The position numbers were made by a program, and so were the translations under genes. Shown here piece by piece: positions 19,789 to 28,833 of a stretch of DNA of 64,000 bases. This stretch comes from Bacteroidales bacterium. GTDB lineage: Bacteria; Bacteroidota; Bacteroidia; Bacteroidales; UBA1715. The notes beneath the pieces are model-generated. The model was given only the letters and a program-made list of their open reading frames with translations. It made no database searches and was not told where the DNA came from. Positions within the stretch are counted from its first letter, which is position 1, and each line of letters opens with the position of its first letter. The stretch covers positions 99,428-163,427 of the forward strand of contig JAZLFM010000010.1 in NCBI GenBank assembly GCA_045615765.1, in the 5' to 3' direction.

Positions 19789-20646
19789 CTATTTGTTTTG
19801 TAATGTGATATTATCAATTAAACGAACATCCCCTACATTCACAGTAATACATCCGACAACCCATTCAGCCTCATTCCACGAAGAAATTGGTTGCATAGTA
19901 TAACCATTCACAACTTCAAAGTACTCAACCTCCAACAATGGGACATTGTTAACAGTATTTTCCACGAAAGTTTTCACCTCTTCCACCGAAGCAGTCTTTG
20001 CTTTTTCTACTGCTTTGAACAATGTTTGTGAAATCTGTACTGCTTGAATACGTTGTTCTGCATTCAAACGAGTATTGCGGGAACTTAAAGCCAAACCATC
20101 ATCTTCGCGAACAATAGGACAAGGAATAATTTCAATGTTTATTCCACGCTGACGTACCATCTCACGAATAATTGCGATTTGTTGAAAATCTTTCATTCCG
20201 AAATAACCTTTGTCGGCAGGAACAAGTTCGAACAAACGATGTACAACTATACCAACGCCATTAAAATGTCCAGGACGAGCAGCACCTTCCATCACCGCAC
20301 CGATTGCTCCAAAATCATACGATTCAGTAACATTATCCAAACCTTCTGGATATATGGCTTCTATTGTTGGTACAAAAGCGATATCAGCGCCAGCTTTTTC
20401 CAACAAAGCCAAATCAGCTTCCACTGTGCGTGGATATGTGAGAAGGTCATTCTTATTGTTGAACTGTGTTGGGTTCACAAATATACTCACAGCCGTACAG
20501 TCATTTTCTGCAATTGACCTCGACACTAATGAAATATGTCCTTGGTGAAGAGCGCCCATAGTTGGAACAAATCCTAGCGAGCGATTTGCCTTACGAACTT
20601 CTGCCACCGCATTCGTAATCTCTTCTCTTGTTCTGCAAACAATCAT
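19789..20646 (-). CDS. panC: Pantoate--beta-alanine ligase
   Basis: [16 protein letters not shown] is the HxGH motif. The track's TTG start (20670) lies inside the -7 promoter box. The ATG at 20646 ([10 protein letters not shown]) is 21 nt downstream of that box. Confidence 0.9.
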   Translation of the reverse strand: MIVCRTREEITNAVAEVRKANRSLGFVPTMGALHQGHISLVSRSIAENDCTAVSIFVNPTQFNNKNDLLTYPRTVEADLALLEKAGADIAFVPTIEAIYPEGLDNVTESYDFGAIGAVMEGAARPGHFNGVGIVVHRLFELVPADKGYFGMKDFQQIAIIREMVRQRGINIEIIPCPIVREDDGLALSSRNTRLNAEQRIQAVQISQTLFKAVEKAKTASVEEVKTFVENTVNNVPLLEVEYFEVVNGYTMQPISSWNEAEWVVGCITVNVGDVRLIDNITLQNK

Positions 20647-20667
20647 TTCAATATCAAAAATTTGGAG

Positions 20668-20675
20668 CAAAGGTA
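20668..20675 (-). promoter_or_regulatory. -7 box (TACCTTTG on the minus strand) for the panC-panD-UPF0104-rfaE2 operon
   Basis: The plus strand reads caaaggta, 21 nt upstream of the panC ATG at 20646. Confidence 0.45.
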
Positions 20676-20772
20676 TGTTTTTTTTTCACTATCGTTATTT
20701 TTTTCATAGTTTATTCAAACACTACAGTGTAGTTTTTTGAAATTTCTATAAAAATTCCCGAAAAAATTTTTA

Positions 20773-20780
20773 TAATTTTG
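20773..20780 (+). promoter_or_regulatory. -7 box TAATTTTG for the glycogen-synthase-like / DUF4270 / glmS / GT9 operon
   Basis: Exact TAnnTTTG match 20 nt upstream of the ATG at 20801. It is divergent from the panC promoter. Confidence 0.45.
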
Positions 20781-20800
20781 CATACGAAATTTTTTTTACG

Positions 20801-21610
20801 ATGAAAAAAGCAAAAGTCCTGTATGTAACTCAAGAAATGGCGAAATATCTTCCAGACACGGAAATGTCGTTAAAGAGTCGCTATTTACCTCAGTATATCC
20901 AAGAAAGCGGAAAAGAAATCCGTTGCTTTATGCCTCGATATGGATTAGTTAATGAACGAAGAAACCAACTACACGAAGTAATTCGTTTGTCTGGTATGAA
21001 TCTTATCATCGACGACACCGACCATCCACTTATTATTAAGGTCGCATCTATCCAACAAGCAAGATTACAGGTATATTTCATCGACAATGATGAATTTTTC
21101 CACCGCAAAGCGATGTTCGTTGACGAAAGCGGCAAAGAATTCGAAGACAATGAAGACCGTATGATTTTCTTTGCTCGTGGTGTTTTGGAAACAGTAAAGA
21201 AACTACGTTGGGCTCCAGATATCGTTCACTGCCAAGGATGGTTCACTTCATTGCTTCCATTATATCTTAAAAAGACATTCTACGAAGATCCTTTATTTGC
21301 GAACGCAAAAGTTGTGTACTCATTATACAACAATTCTTTTGAAAAACCGTTCTCTAAAGACTTTGCCAATAAAATTCATTTCGACGGTATTACTTCCGAC
21401 GATATTGCATCAATAAAGAATAATGCCGACTGGTTGAGCATAAACAAATTAGCTATCGACCAAGCCGAAGGTATTGTTCTTGGCGAAGAAAAAGTTAATG
21501 AAGAATTGTTACAATATTGTAAAGAAAAGAATAAGATAATCCTTCCATATCAAGGTCAAGAAGATTATACCCAAGCATATTCTGATTTTTACGATGGCTT
21601 ATTAGACTAG
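20801..21610 (+). CDS. Short glycogen/starch-synthase-like protein (GT5 N-terminal domain type)
   Basis: 269 aa. The N-terminus KVLYVTQEMAKYLPDTEMS, FMPRYG and the HCQGW segment resemble the starch-synthase catalytic domain. Its position between panC and DUF4270/glmS matches the Bacteroidota gene order as I remember it. Confidence 0.65.
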   Translation: MKKAKVLYVTQEMAKYLPDTEMSLKSRYLPQYIQESGKEIRCFMPRYGLVNERRNQLHEVIRLSGMNLIIDDTDHPLIIKVASIQQARLQVYFIDNDEFFHRKAMFVDESGKEFEDNEDRMIFFARGVLETVKKLRWAPDIVHCQGWFTSLLPLYLKKTFYEDPLFANAKVVYSLYNNSFEKPFSKDFANKIHFDGITSDDIASIKNNADWLSINKLAIDQAEGIVLGEEKVNEELLQYCKEKNKIILPYQGQEDYTQAYSDFYDGLLD

Positions 21611-21614
21611 AACT

Positions 21615-22925
21615 ATGAATTTACACTTTCGTGTATTTGTACTGTTTCTCCTATCGCTTTTTTGTATTTCCTGCGAAAAAGAAAATCAAACGATAGGAAT
21701 TGGTATGCTTCCCGACAGCGACCTATTAACAACAGCAGTAGATTCATCTACAATAATCACAATGCAAACTGTTGCCGACGATAGCACTCGTTCAACATTG
21801 GTGACATATATGCTTGGTGAAAACTACGATGAAAAATTTGGAAAAACTCGTGCCTCGTATGCAACCCGCCTTTACATACAATCTATGATTGTAGATATGG
21901 CAGACTATAAATTAGACTCTGCTTGTTTTAGTTTAGCGAAATCAGCTAAATATGTATATGGCGACACTACTGTCGGACAGCAATTTTCTGTATATGAACT
22001 CAGTCAACCTATTACAGTTGAAGATTGTAAAAAATATGAGCAAACGGGTTCAAAACCAGCTTGGACATTTTCAGAAACAAATAAAATCTGCGACATACAA
22101 GTACCTGCCTACAAAGACACCCTTAAAACTTATAGTTGCAAGTTAGCCAAAGAATTCGCTACCGAATTATTCTCAACTATCACAGAATGCAGCAAAACAG
22201 ACACTTCGTTACAATATGTAGATTCTCTGTTTATTAATAAGTTTTATGGTATCTATGTAACAACAAAAAACAACACATTCAACGATAATCATTCTGTAAT
22301 TGTTCATAGTTTGCCTAACATCACGTTCTATCTTTCTGGTAAGGACACAACGAAAACAATCATATTGGCTCCATCGCCACAACCATACAACGAAGCATTA
22401 AAGACTGACCCAAGTCAAATTTATTTACAAGCGATAAACTTCTTTGAACACGATTATTCTACAACAGAAATCACATTTAATACTGAAAGCAATACATCGT
22501 ATGTACAAGGTTTTATGGGAGCAAAAACTAAGATAACATTCTCCGACCTTGAGAAATGGAGAGAGGCCGTTGATTATAACACTCCTTCGGATTCTACCAT
22601 TGTAATAAATTCGGCAAAATTATATCTTCCTATAAAGAAGTACGACACTTGGAATGAGTACCTTCCTCTGAACTTCAGAGTGTACGATGAAACAAAAACG
22701 CCACACAAATTGGTGTACTCTACTCTATCAACAACAGAAGACAGTACAAATTTTATCTTTAATATCCATAGTTTCCTAATAACATTATACAATGGCAAGA
22801 CAAAAGCGAACAATTTCTCATACGAAATTGCTATTCCTGAAAACAACGCATACGGGAATATGTTCGTTCTTGATGGAACTACCGATCCTAAAAAATTGAA
22901 ATTAGTAATAACATACACAAAATAA
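21615..22925 (+). CDS. DUF4270-like lipoprotein
   Basis: 436 aa with signal peptide and lipobox (LFCISCEKEN). Family assignment is from the conserved position between the glycogen-synthase-like gene and glmS, not from an alignment. Confidence 0.5.
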   Translation: MNLHFRVFVLFLLSLFCISCEKENQTIGIGMLPDSDLLTTAVDSSTIITMQTVADDSTRSTLVTYMLGENYDEKFGKTRASYATRLYIQSMIVDMADYKLDSACFSLAKSAKYVYGDTTVGQQFSVYELSQPITVEDCKKYEQTGSKPAWTFSETNKICDIQVPAYKDTLKTYSCKLAKEFATELFSTITECSKTDTSLQYVDSLFINKFYGIYVTTKNNTFNDNHSVIVHSLPNITFYLSGKDTTKTIILAPSPQPYNEALKTDPSQIYLQAINFFEHDYSTTEITFNTESNTSYVQGFMGAKTKITFSDLEKWREAVDYNTPSDSTIVINSAKLYLPIKKYDTWNEYLPLNFRVYDETKTPHKLVYSTLSTTEDSTNFIFNIHSFLITLYNGKTKANNFSYEIAIPENNAYGNMFVLDGTTDPKKLKLVITYTK

Positions 22926-22926
22926 T

Positions 22927-24771
22927 ATGTGTGGAATAGTTGGTTACATTGGCGATAAAGATGCATATCCTATCCTTATTGCAGGTTTAAAACGATTAGA
23001 ATACAGAGGTTACGACTCTACAGGTATTGCTCTCATTCAAAATGGTGAAACAATATCATATAAAAAGCAAGGCAAAGTAGCGGATCTTGAAGCGTATTTG
23101 GAAGACAAAAACACTTCGGGTTGCATTGGAATGGGACACACTCGTTGGGCAACCCATGGCGAGCCTAACGATGTAAATGCGCATCCTCACACTTCTATGA
23201 AAGGTAAATTCTTTGTAATCCACAATGGTATCATAGAAAACTACAACGCTCTAAAGAAAAAACTTACGGCAAAAGGTTACGAATTCAAAAGCGAAACCGA
23301 CACCGAAGTTATTGCCGACTATATTGAATACATTTATCTTAAAGGCAAAGGAAAAGTTACTGCAGAAGTTGCGGTTCGCTTGGCTCTATTGGAAGTGCAA
23401 GGAGCCTATGGATTAGTTGTAATCTGCACCGACGAGCCAGACCAACTTATTGTAGCTCGTAATGGTAGTCCGCTTGTTGTTGGTGTTGGACAAGGAGAAT
23501 ATTTTGTTGCTTCCGACGCTACTCCTATTGTGGAACATACGAAACGTATCATTTACTTGAACGACCTTGAAATGGCAACAATTACAAAGAACGAGTTGTC
23601 GCTAAAGACCATCAAGAATGATATGCTAACACCTGTTATTCAAGAACTTGAACTTGACATTGAAGGAATAGAAAAAGGCGGATACGACCATTTTATGTTG
23701 AAGGAAATTTTTGAGCAACCTTCAGCAATTATGGATACATTCCGTGGCCGTGCCACTAAAAATCCTCCTCAAATTCATCTTGGAGGACTATACAATGCAT
23801 TTGATGCTTTCGACAAAGCAGACAGAATCATTATTGTTGCTTGTGGAACTTCTTGGCACGCAGGACTTGTTGGCGAATATCTTTTCGAAGAATATGCCCG
23901 TATTCCTGTTGAAGTAGAATACGCATCGGAATTCCGCTACAGAAATCCTATTATTCGCGAAAACGATGTAGTGATTGCTATCAGTCAAAGTGGTGAAACC
24001 GCCGATACATTAGCGGCAATCCGCCTTGCAAAAGCGGCAAATGCTACCGTTGTCGGTATATGTAATGTGGTAGGTTCGAGCATTCCACGCGAAACTGACG
24101 CAGGTGTTTATACACACGCTGGACCAGAAATTGGTGTTGCTTCCACAAAATCGTTCACAACACAAGTCACAGTGCTTACAATGATGGCACTAATGCTTGG
24201 TAAACGAAGAAATACTATTGCCGATGATGTTTATAAGAAACTAATTTCCGAGCTCTACAAAATACCAGCAAAAGTAGAAAGTATTCTTACCCATATTGAT
24301 GAATACAAACAAATTGCTGAAGCATACAAGGATGCACAAAACTTCATCTATCTTGGTAGAAGCTATTTATATCCAGTAGCATTGGAAGGCGCATTAAAGC
24401 TAAAAGAAATATCGTACATACATGCCGAAGGTTACCCTGCTGCAGAAATGAAGCATGGTCCTATCGCATTGATAGACAAAAATATGCCTGTAGTTGTTAT
24501 AGCAACGAAAGACAAACAATACGATAAGGTTGTAAGTAATGTTCAAGAGGTAAAAGCGCGTCAAGGTGTTGTAATTGCTGTGGTTACACAAGGTGATACA
24601 GTTCTTTCGAAAATTGCCGACCATGTGATTGAAGTACCAGAAACTTCGCCGGCACTTACTCCGCTGACAACAGTTATTCCTTTACAGATTCTTTCATATT
24701 ACATTGCCGTTATGCGCGGATGTAATGTGGACCAACCTCGTAACTTGGCAAAATCGGTAACGGTAGAATAG
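22927..24771 (+). CDS. glmS: Glutamine--fructose-6-phosphate aminotransferase (isomerising)
   Basis: 614 aa. It starts MCGIVGYIG (Cys2 nucleophile), has two SIS domains and ends with the family-typical NLAKSVTVE. Confidence 0.97.
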   Translation: MCGIVGYIGDKDAYPILIAGLKRLEYRGYDSTGIALIQNGETISYKKQGKVADLEAYLEDKNTSGCIGMGHTRWATHGEPNDVNAHPHTSMKGKFFVIHNGIIENYNALKKKLTAKGYEFKSETDTEVIADYIEYIYLKGKGKVTAEVAVRLALLEVQGAYGLVVICTDEPDQLIVARNGSPLVVGVGQGEYFVASDATPIVEHTKRIIYLNDLEMATITKNELSLKTIKNDMLTPVIQELELDIEGIEKGGYDHFMLKEIFEQPSAIMDTFRGRATKNPPQIHLGGLYNAFDAFDKADRIIIVACGTSWHAGLVGEYLFEEYARIPVEVEYASEFRYRNPIIRENDVVIAISQSGETADTLAAIRLAKAANATVVGICNVVGSSIPRETDAGVYTHAGPEIGVASTKSFTTQVTVLTMMALMLGKRRNTIADDVYKKLISELYKIPAKVESILTHIDEYKQIAEAYKDAQNFIYLGRSYLYPVALEGALKLKEISYIHAEGYPAAEMKHGPIALIDKNMPVVVIATKDKQYDKVVSNVQEVKARQGVVIAVVTQGDTVLSKIADHVIEVPETSPALTPLTTVIPLQILSYYIAVMRGCNVDQPRNLAKSVTVE

Positions 24772-25814
24772 TGGAAAATTCCTCTGAGATATCAAAAATT
24801 CTCGTTTTTCGATTGAGTTCAATAGGCGACATTGTTCTCACTACAGCATTGCTACGCTGCCTACGGAACAAATATCCCCTAGCACAAATCGACTTTGTTG
24901 TAAAGAAACAATTTGCCGCAATTTTACGTTGTGTTCCTTTTGTTAGCAATGTCATTGAACTTGATTCGAAAAAAGGGTTGCCAGAATTATTTGCACTACG
25001 AAAACAACTGAAAAAAGCGAACTATGATGTTGCTCTTGACATACACAAGAATTGGCGTAGTCTATTCATTTGCAGAACGATAGGAGCAAAACAAGTTTTC
25101 GCTTTCAATAAACACGTATTTCGCCGTTGGGTACTTACAACATTCCATAAAAACATATACAAAGAAGTTCGTCCAGTATATCTAAGATTTACAGACACAG
25201 CCAAACAAATTGGCGTGGAACCAGACGGCAAATACACGGAATTAATCGTTCCTACCGAAATACAATCCGCAACAGACAATATCTTACAACAAAAAAGATT
25301 CGATATTTCAAAACCAGCCATTGCATTATGTCCAGGCGCAAGTTTCAAGAACAAGCAATGGCAGCCGGAAAAGTTCGCCGAATTGGCTAAAAAAATCGTT
25401 ACAGAGCTTGACTATCAAGTCATTCTAATTGGCGGCAAAAACGAACAACCATTGTGTGAAATTATACAAAAGGAAGAACCTTTGGCTATTTCTTTTGCTG
25501 GAGAATTTGATTTAAGTCAGTCTATTGCGGCTCTCAACAGAATACGAGCTACCGTTGTAAACGACACTGGTATGCTTCACGCCTCCGAAGCACTTGGAAT
25601 TCCCGTTGTTGGAATTTATGGCGCCACCGCACAACCATTCGGCTACTATCCTATTCTACCGCAAAGCAAAGTTGCCGATGTTGACCTACAATGCAGACCT
25701 TGTACAAAAATGGGTAAAAACTCTTGCCCTAAAGGACATTTCAATTGTATGAACCAATTGCATACGCAAAAAGTTTTCGAATTGCTACAAGAAGTTTTAA
25801 AAGGGAAAGCATAG
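24771..25814 (+). CDS. Glycosyltransferase family 9 (heptosyltransferase-like)
   Basis: 347 aa. The GTG start overlaps the glmS stop (TAGTG). ILVFRLSSIGDIVLTT and NDTGMLHASEALGIPVVGIYG are typical GT9 motifs. Confidence 0.8.
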   Translation: MENSSEISKILVFRLSSIGDIVLTTALLRCLRNKYPLAQIDFVVKKQFAAILRCVPFVSNVIELDSKKGLPELFALRKQLKKANYDVALDIHKNWRSLFICRTIGAKQVFAFNKHVFRRWVLTTFHKNIYKEVRPVYLRFTDTAKQIGVEPDGKYTELIVPTEIQSATDNILQQKRFDISKPAIALCPGASFKNKQWQPEKFAELAKKIVTELDYQVILIGGKNEQPLCEIIQKEEPLAISFAGEFDLSQSIAALNRIRATVVNDTGMLHASEALGIPVVGIYGATAQPFGYYPILPQSKVADVDLQCRPCTKMGKNSCPKGHFNCMNQLHTQKVFELLQEVLKGKA

Positions 25815-25837
25815 AACCTTACGATTCTACGCTTATT

Positions 25838-26335
25838 TTACTTCTTTACAAAATACAATTCATACGAAGAAAGCGGATCTGTTCTAAACTTTGAAGAATA
25901 ATTACCCCAATAGAGAGTATCGTTTTGCAAAAACAAACACGCTTTTCCCGCTTCACATAAAATAAAATCATTATAAGCAACAACTGTATCTCCCAATACA
26001 CTATAAGCACAGCGCTTAATAGTAGAGCCATCTACAACATACGTCTCATAAACTTCGTCTTCAGTAAAATTATAATAAGAACTATATTTGAATTCAGAAT
26101 TATTATAATCATCGAATCCATTTTTACATTCAAGGAACCAGTCTGTTCCTATAATTTGTTGTTGTATTTCAGAAATCTTTTGGACAGCATATTCATCTAA
26201 CAATTGATCATTTTCTTGTTCATTAGGTTGCCCTACTAATTGATTTTCCACTCCACTAGGTTTTGGTTCATCATCTTTATTGCAGGCACACAGTACTAAC
26301 ATACTTGCCGCAAGAAATAAAAAGATTTTCTTCAT
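25838..26335 (-). CDS. Small lipoprotein, function unknown
   Basis: 165 aa. MKKIFLFLAASMLVLCACNKDD is a lipobox signal peptide. No recognisable family. Confidence 0.6.
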   Translation of the reverse strand: MKKIFLFLAASMLVLCACNKDDEPKPSGVENQLVGQPNEQENDQLLDEYAVQKISEIQQQIIGTDWFLECKNGFDDYNNSEFKYSSYYNFTEDEVYETYVVDGSTIKRCAYSVLGDTVVAYNDFILCEAGKACLFLQNDTLYWGNYSSKFRTDPLSSYELYFVKK

Positions 26336-26367
26336 AATTATTTGATTTATAGACTACTTCGCAAAGT

Positions 26368-26379
26368 AAAAAAAAAAAA
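26368..26379. repeat. A12 homopolymer in the divergent intergenic region
   Basis: Twelve consecutive A residues counted at 26368-26379. The tract lies 33-44 nt upstream of the lipoprotein ATG (26335). Confidence 0.9.
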
Positions 26380-26469
26380 TAAATAAACAAATAAAAAACA
26401 GTTTTTTTCAAGAATTTCACATTCGTCGCACTTGAAAAATAAGACATTTTGCATTTATCAGAATTTGTT

Positions 26470-26477
26470 TACATTTG
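26470..26477 (+). promoter_or_regulatory. -7 box TACATTTG driving the leader/uORF upstream of the TonB-dependent receptor
   Basis: Exact TAnnTTTG match 18 nt upstream of the ATG at 26496. The track's TTG start (26475) lies inside the motif. Confidence 0.45.
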
Positions 26478-26495
26478 CCGCATCAAAAAATTACG

Positions 26496-26897
26496 ATGAA
26501 GAAAACCTTCCGATATAAAAAACAGACTTTCCGTTTCCATCGTTGGAATCGTGCGAATTACTCTGCATTTATGAGTATCGGAAAACAAATCACTATTGGT
26601 CGTGTAAACACTGAAGTTGCCGATGGTCTTCTTCGCGACCAACATATTAAAGAAATTTTCACTTCAATATATTTAGACAGTTCATCATCTGATGACGATT
26701 CTTCGGGCGGAGAAGAAAATTGCTTACTTGCTCTTTTAGAACAAACTCTTCTTTGCTCAACACAAACGACTACAGAAGTATGTCCTGCTTCTTGTAGCGT
26801 ATCATATTATGTTAACCCTAATCCTATCCGCTGGTGGCCACAGTCGATAGGATTTTTTATTTTTAAATCTTATGAAAAAAATCAATTTGCTGTGTAG
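26496..26897 (+). CDS. Questionable 133-codon ORF in the leader of the TonB-dependent receptor (uORF, gene remnant or non-coding)
   Basis: Begins MKKTFRYKKQTFRFHRWNRANYSAFMSIGKQITIGRV and then becomes D/S-rich low complexity. It reads through a terminator-like hairpin and overlaps the receptor start in another frame. Only the promoter spacing supports translation. Confidence 0.3.
   Translation: MKKTFRYKKQTFRFHRWNRANYSAFMSIGKQITIGRVNTEVADGLLRDQHIKEIFTSIYLDSSSSDDDSSGGEENCLLALLEQTLLCSTQTTTEVCPASCSVSYYVNPNPIRWWPQSIGFFIFKSYEKNQFAV
26820..26865 (+). terminator. Terminator-like hairpin plus U-tract just upstream of the receptor ATG (candidate attenuator)
   Basis: The 9-bp stem is AATCCTATC (26820-26828) / GATAGGATT (26846-26854), with a further 4 bp inside the loop. 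It is followed by TTTTTTATTTTT. The receptor ATG is at 26872. Confidence 0.45.
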
Positions 26898-28788
26898 CAT
26901 AGCGCTACTCTCCCTATCTGGCTTTTGCCAAAATTCAGACGATTCTTTGTTTGTGAACCTACCAACTATTGAAACAGTAAAACAACAAACAACGCTTGCC
27001 TCAGAATCACTTCGTATTGTAACCACTCTAACGAAGCAAGACATTGCAAAAATTCCCGTACAGAGCATCAACGACTTGCTTGACTATATTCCCGGCATCG
27101 ACATCCGTTCTCGTGGAAATAATGGTGTGCAAGCCGATATGATTATGCGTGGTGGTACATTTGACCAAGTAATCATTCTGTTAAATGGCGTAAACATTAC
27201 CGATCCACAAACGGGTCACCAAAACCTTGATATTCCTATCGACCTTTCTATTGTTGATAGAATTGAAATCTTACAAGGAACTTCAATGAACGTATTTGGA
27301 CTATCGTCTTTTAGTGGCGCCATCAACATTATTACCGGTACACAAAAAGATACAAAAGTAGATGTAGGACTCATTGGTGGTAGCAATGGATATTTTGCTC
27401 CACACATTAGTGCAGCTGCCACAAAAGGTAAATGGGATGTGTCGGCTTCGGCTTCCACAAACCAGTCTTCTGGATATATCGACAACACTGATTTTAAATA
27501 TTCTAATGCCTACGTTCAAACAAATTATACAGATTCAACTCTTGGTAAATTCAGTTTTCAACTTGGCGGACAACTAAAAGAATTTGGTGCAAATTCATTC
27601 TACTCTCTTAAATATCCTAACCAATTCGAAAAAGACAAAACCGTTCTTTCTTCATTGCAATGGAATAAAGGTTTCGGTCGTTTCGATGTGTCTTCTTCTA
27701 TTTTCTACCGTGCACATTACGATGAATTTCAATTATTTCGAGACGATTATGGAACTGTTCCATCTTGGTACACGAACCACAATTATCATATTTCGCAAGT
27801 CACTGGAGGAAACGTAAAAACCTCAGCATATACAAAAATCGGGAAATCAACTTTAGGTATAGAAATACGTAACGAACACATTATCAGCAATGTACTTGGA
27901 GACTCTCTTTCTACGCCGAAAAAAGTTCCTTTCAACGACAACCAATATTTCACAGTTGGGAAAAACAGACTTAATTTCAACTACTTCGGAGAACAAACAT
28001 TTATTATAAAGAAATTTACTGCATCTGTAGGATTTTCGGGAAACTACAACACGATGTTTAACTCTAACTTCTGTGCTGGAGGAAATCTTGGCTACAAATT
28101 TTCATCGCTATGCAAAGTTTACGCAAATGCAAATAGCGCTCTACGCCTACCAACATTCACTGATATGTATTACAAAAGTGCAACACAAATTGCCAACCCA
28201 GACTTACATCCTGAAAAAAGTATTACAATGGAATTGGGAGCCCAAGGTCAATCTCAAGGATTCTCATACCGTGCCTCAACATATTTTCGCATAGGTAAAG
28301 ATATTATTGATTGGGCAAAGTCGGCAGGAGAAGAGAAATGGAGAAGTATGAATATCGACAATGTTAATGCGCTCGGAGCAGAACTATCACTCCAATATAG
28401 ATGCAAAGTTTTCATCAAACAAATTGGCGCAACATTCTCATATTGTAAACTGAACAAAGAATCTGGTGAACTTGTCAGCAAATATGCACTCGATTATTTA
28501 CGAACATCATTCACTATGAATATCGACCATACAATTTACAAGAATTGGGGAGCAAATTGGCAATTTTCATTTCAAAACAGAGCAGGAAACTATATTAGCA
28601 TAAGCGATACTGCTGAAGAATACGAACCAATTGCTTTATTGGATGTACAAACATATTGGACAAATAAAAACACTAAAATATTCTTAGAAGCTACTAACTT
28701 GTTTGGAACCAAATATTTTGATTATGGCGGCATTGAACAACCAGGCTTGCAAGCACGCGTGGGAATCAATGTACATTTTTCAAAATAA
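26872..28788 (+). CDS. TonB-dependent receptor (stand-alone, CirA/BtuB size; no SusD partner)
   Basis: 638 aa with a signal peptide. Plug-domain motifs are DLLDYIPGIDIRSRGNNGVQADMIMRGGTFDQVIILLNGVNITD and VDRIEILQGTSMNVFG. A beta-barrel region follows, ending in VGINVHFSK. Confidence 0.9.
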   Translation: MKKINLLCSIALLSLSGFCQNSDDSLFVNLPTIETVKQQTTLASESLRIVTTLTKQDIAKIPVQSINDLLDYIPGIDIRSRGNNGVQADMIMRGGTFDQVIILLNGVNITDPQTGHQNLDIPIDLSIVDRIEILQGTSMNVFGLSSFSGAINIITGTQKDTKVDVGLIGGSNGYFAPHISAAATKGKWDVSASASTNQSSGYIDNTDFKYSNAYVQTNYTDSTLGKFSFQLGGQLKEFGANSFYSLKYPNQFEKDKTVLSSLQWNKGFGRFDVSSSIFYRAHYDEFQLFRDDYGTVPSWYTNHNYHISQVTGGNVKTSAYTKIGKSTLGIEIRNEHIISNVLGDSLSTPKKVPFNDNQYFTVGKNRLNFNYFGEQTFIIKKFTASVGFSGNYNTMFNSNFCAGGNLGYKFSSLCKVYANANSALRLPTFTDMYYKSATQIANPDLHPEKSITMELGAQGQSQGFSYRASTYFRIGKDIIDWAKSAGEEKWRSMNIDNVNALGAELSLQYRCKVFIKQIGATFSYCKLNKESGELVSKYALDYLRTSFTMNIDHTIYKNWGANWQFSFQNRAGNYISISDTAEEYEPIALLDVQTYWTNKNTKIFLEATNLFGTKYFDYGGIEQPGLQARVGINVHFSK

Positions 28789-28798
28789 TTTGGGATTG

Positions 28799-28833
28799 GT
28801 TGAGACGCAGAATATAGCGTCTCAACTTTTTTT
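28799..28833 (+). terminator. Intrinsic terminator of the TonB-dependent receptor gene
   Basis: GTTGAGACGC (28799-28808), an 8-nt loop and GCGTCTCAAC (28817-28826), followed by T7 (28827-28833). Confidence 0.8.

Noticed and set aside
26478-26871. Cobalamin or TPP riboswitch upstream of the TonB-dependent receptor.
   Set aside because: I looked for the B12-box region (..AGGGAA..GCCACTG..) and the TPP core (CTGAGA...ACCTGA). Only a weak GCCACAG-like string is present, inside the hairpin loop. No known class can be claimed by eye, so an Rfam scan is still worth running.
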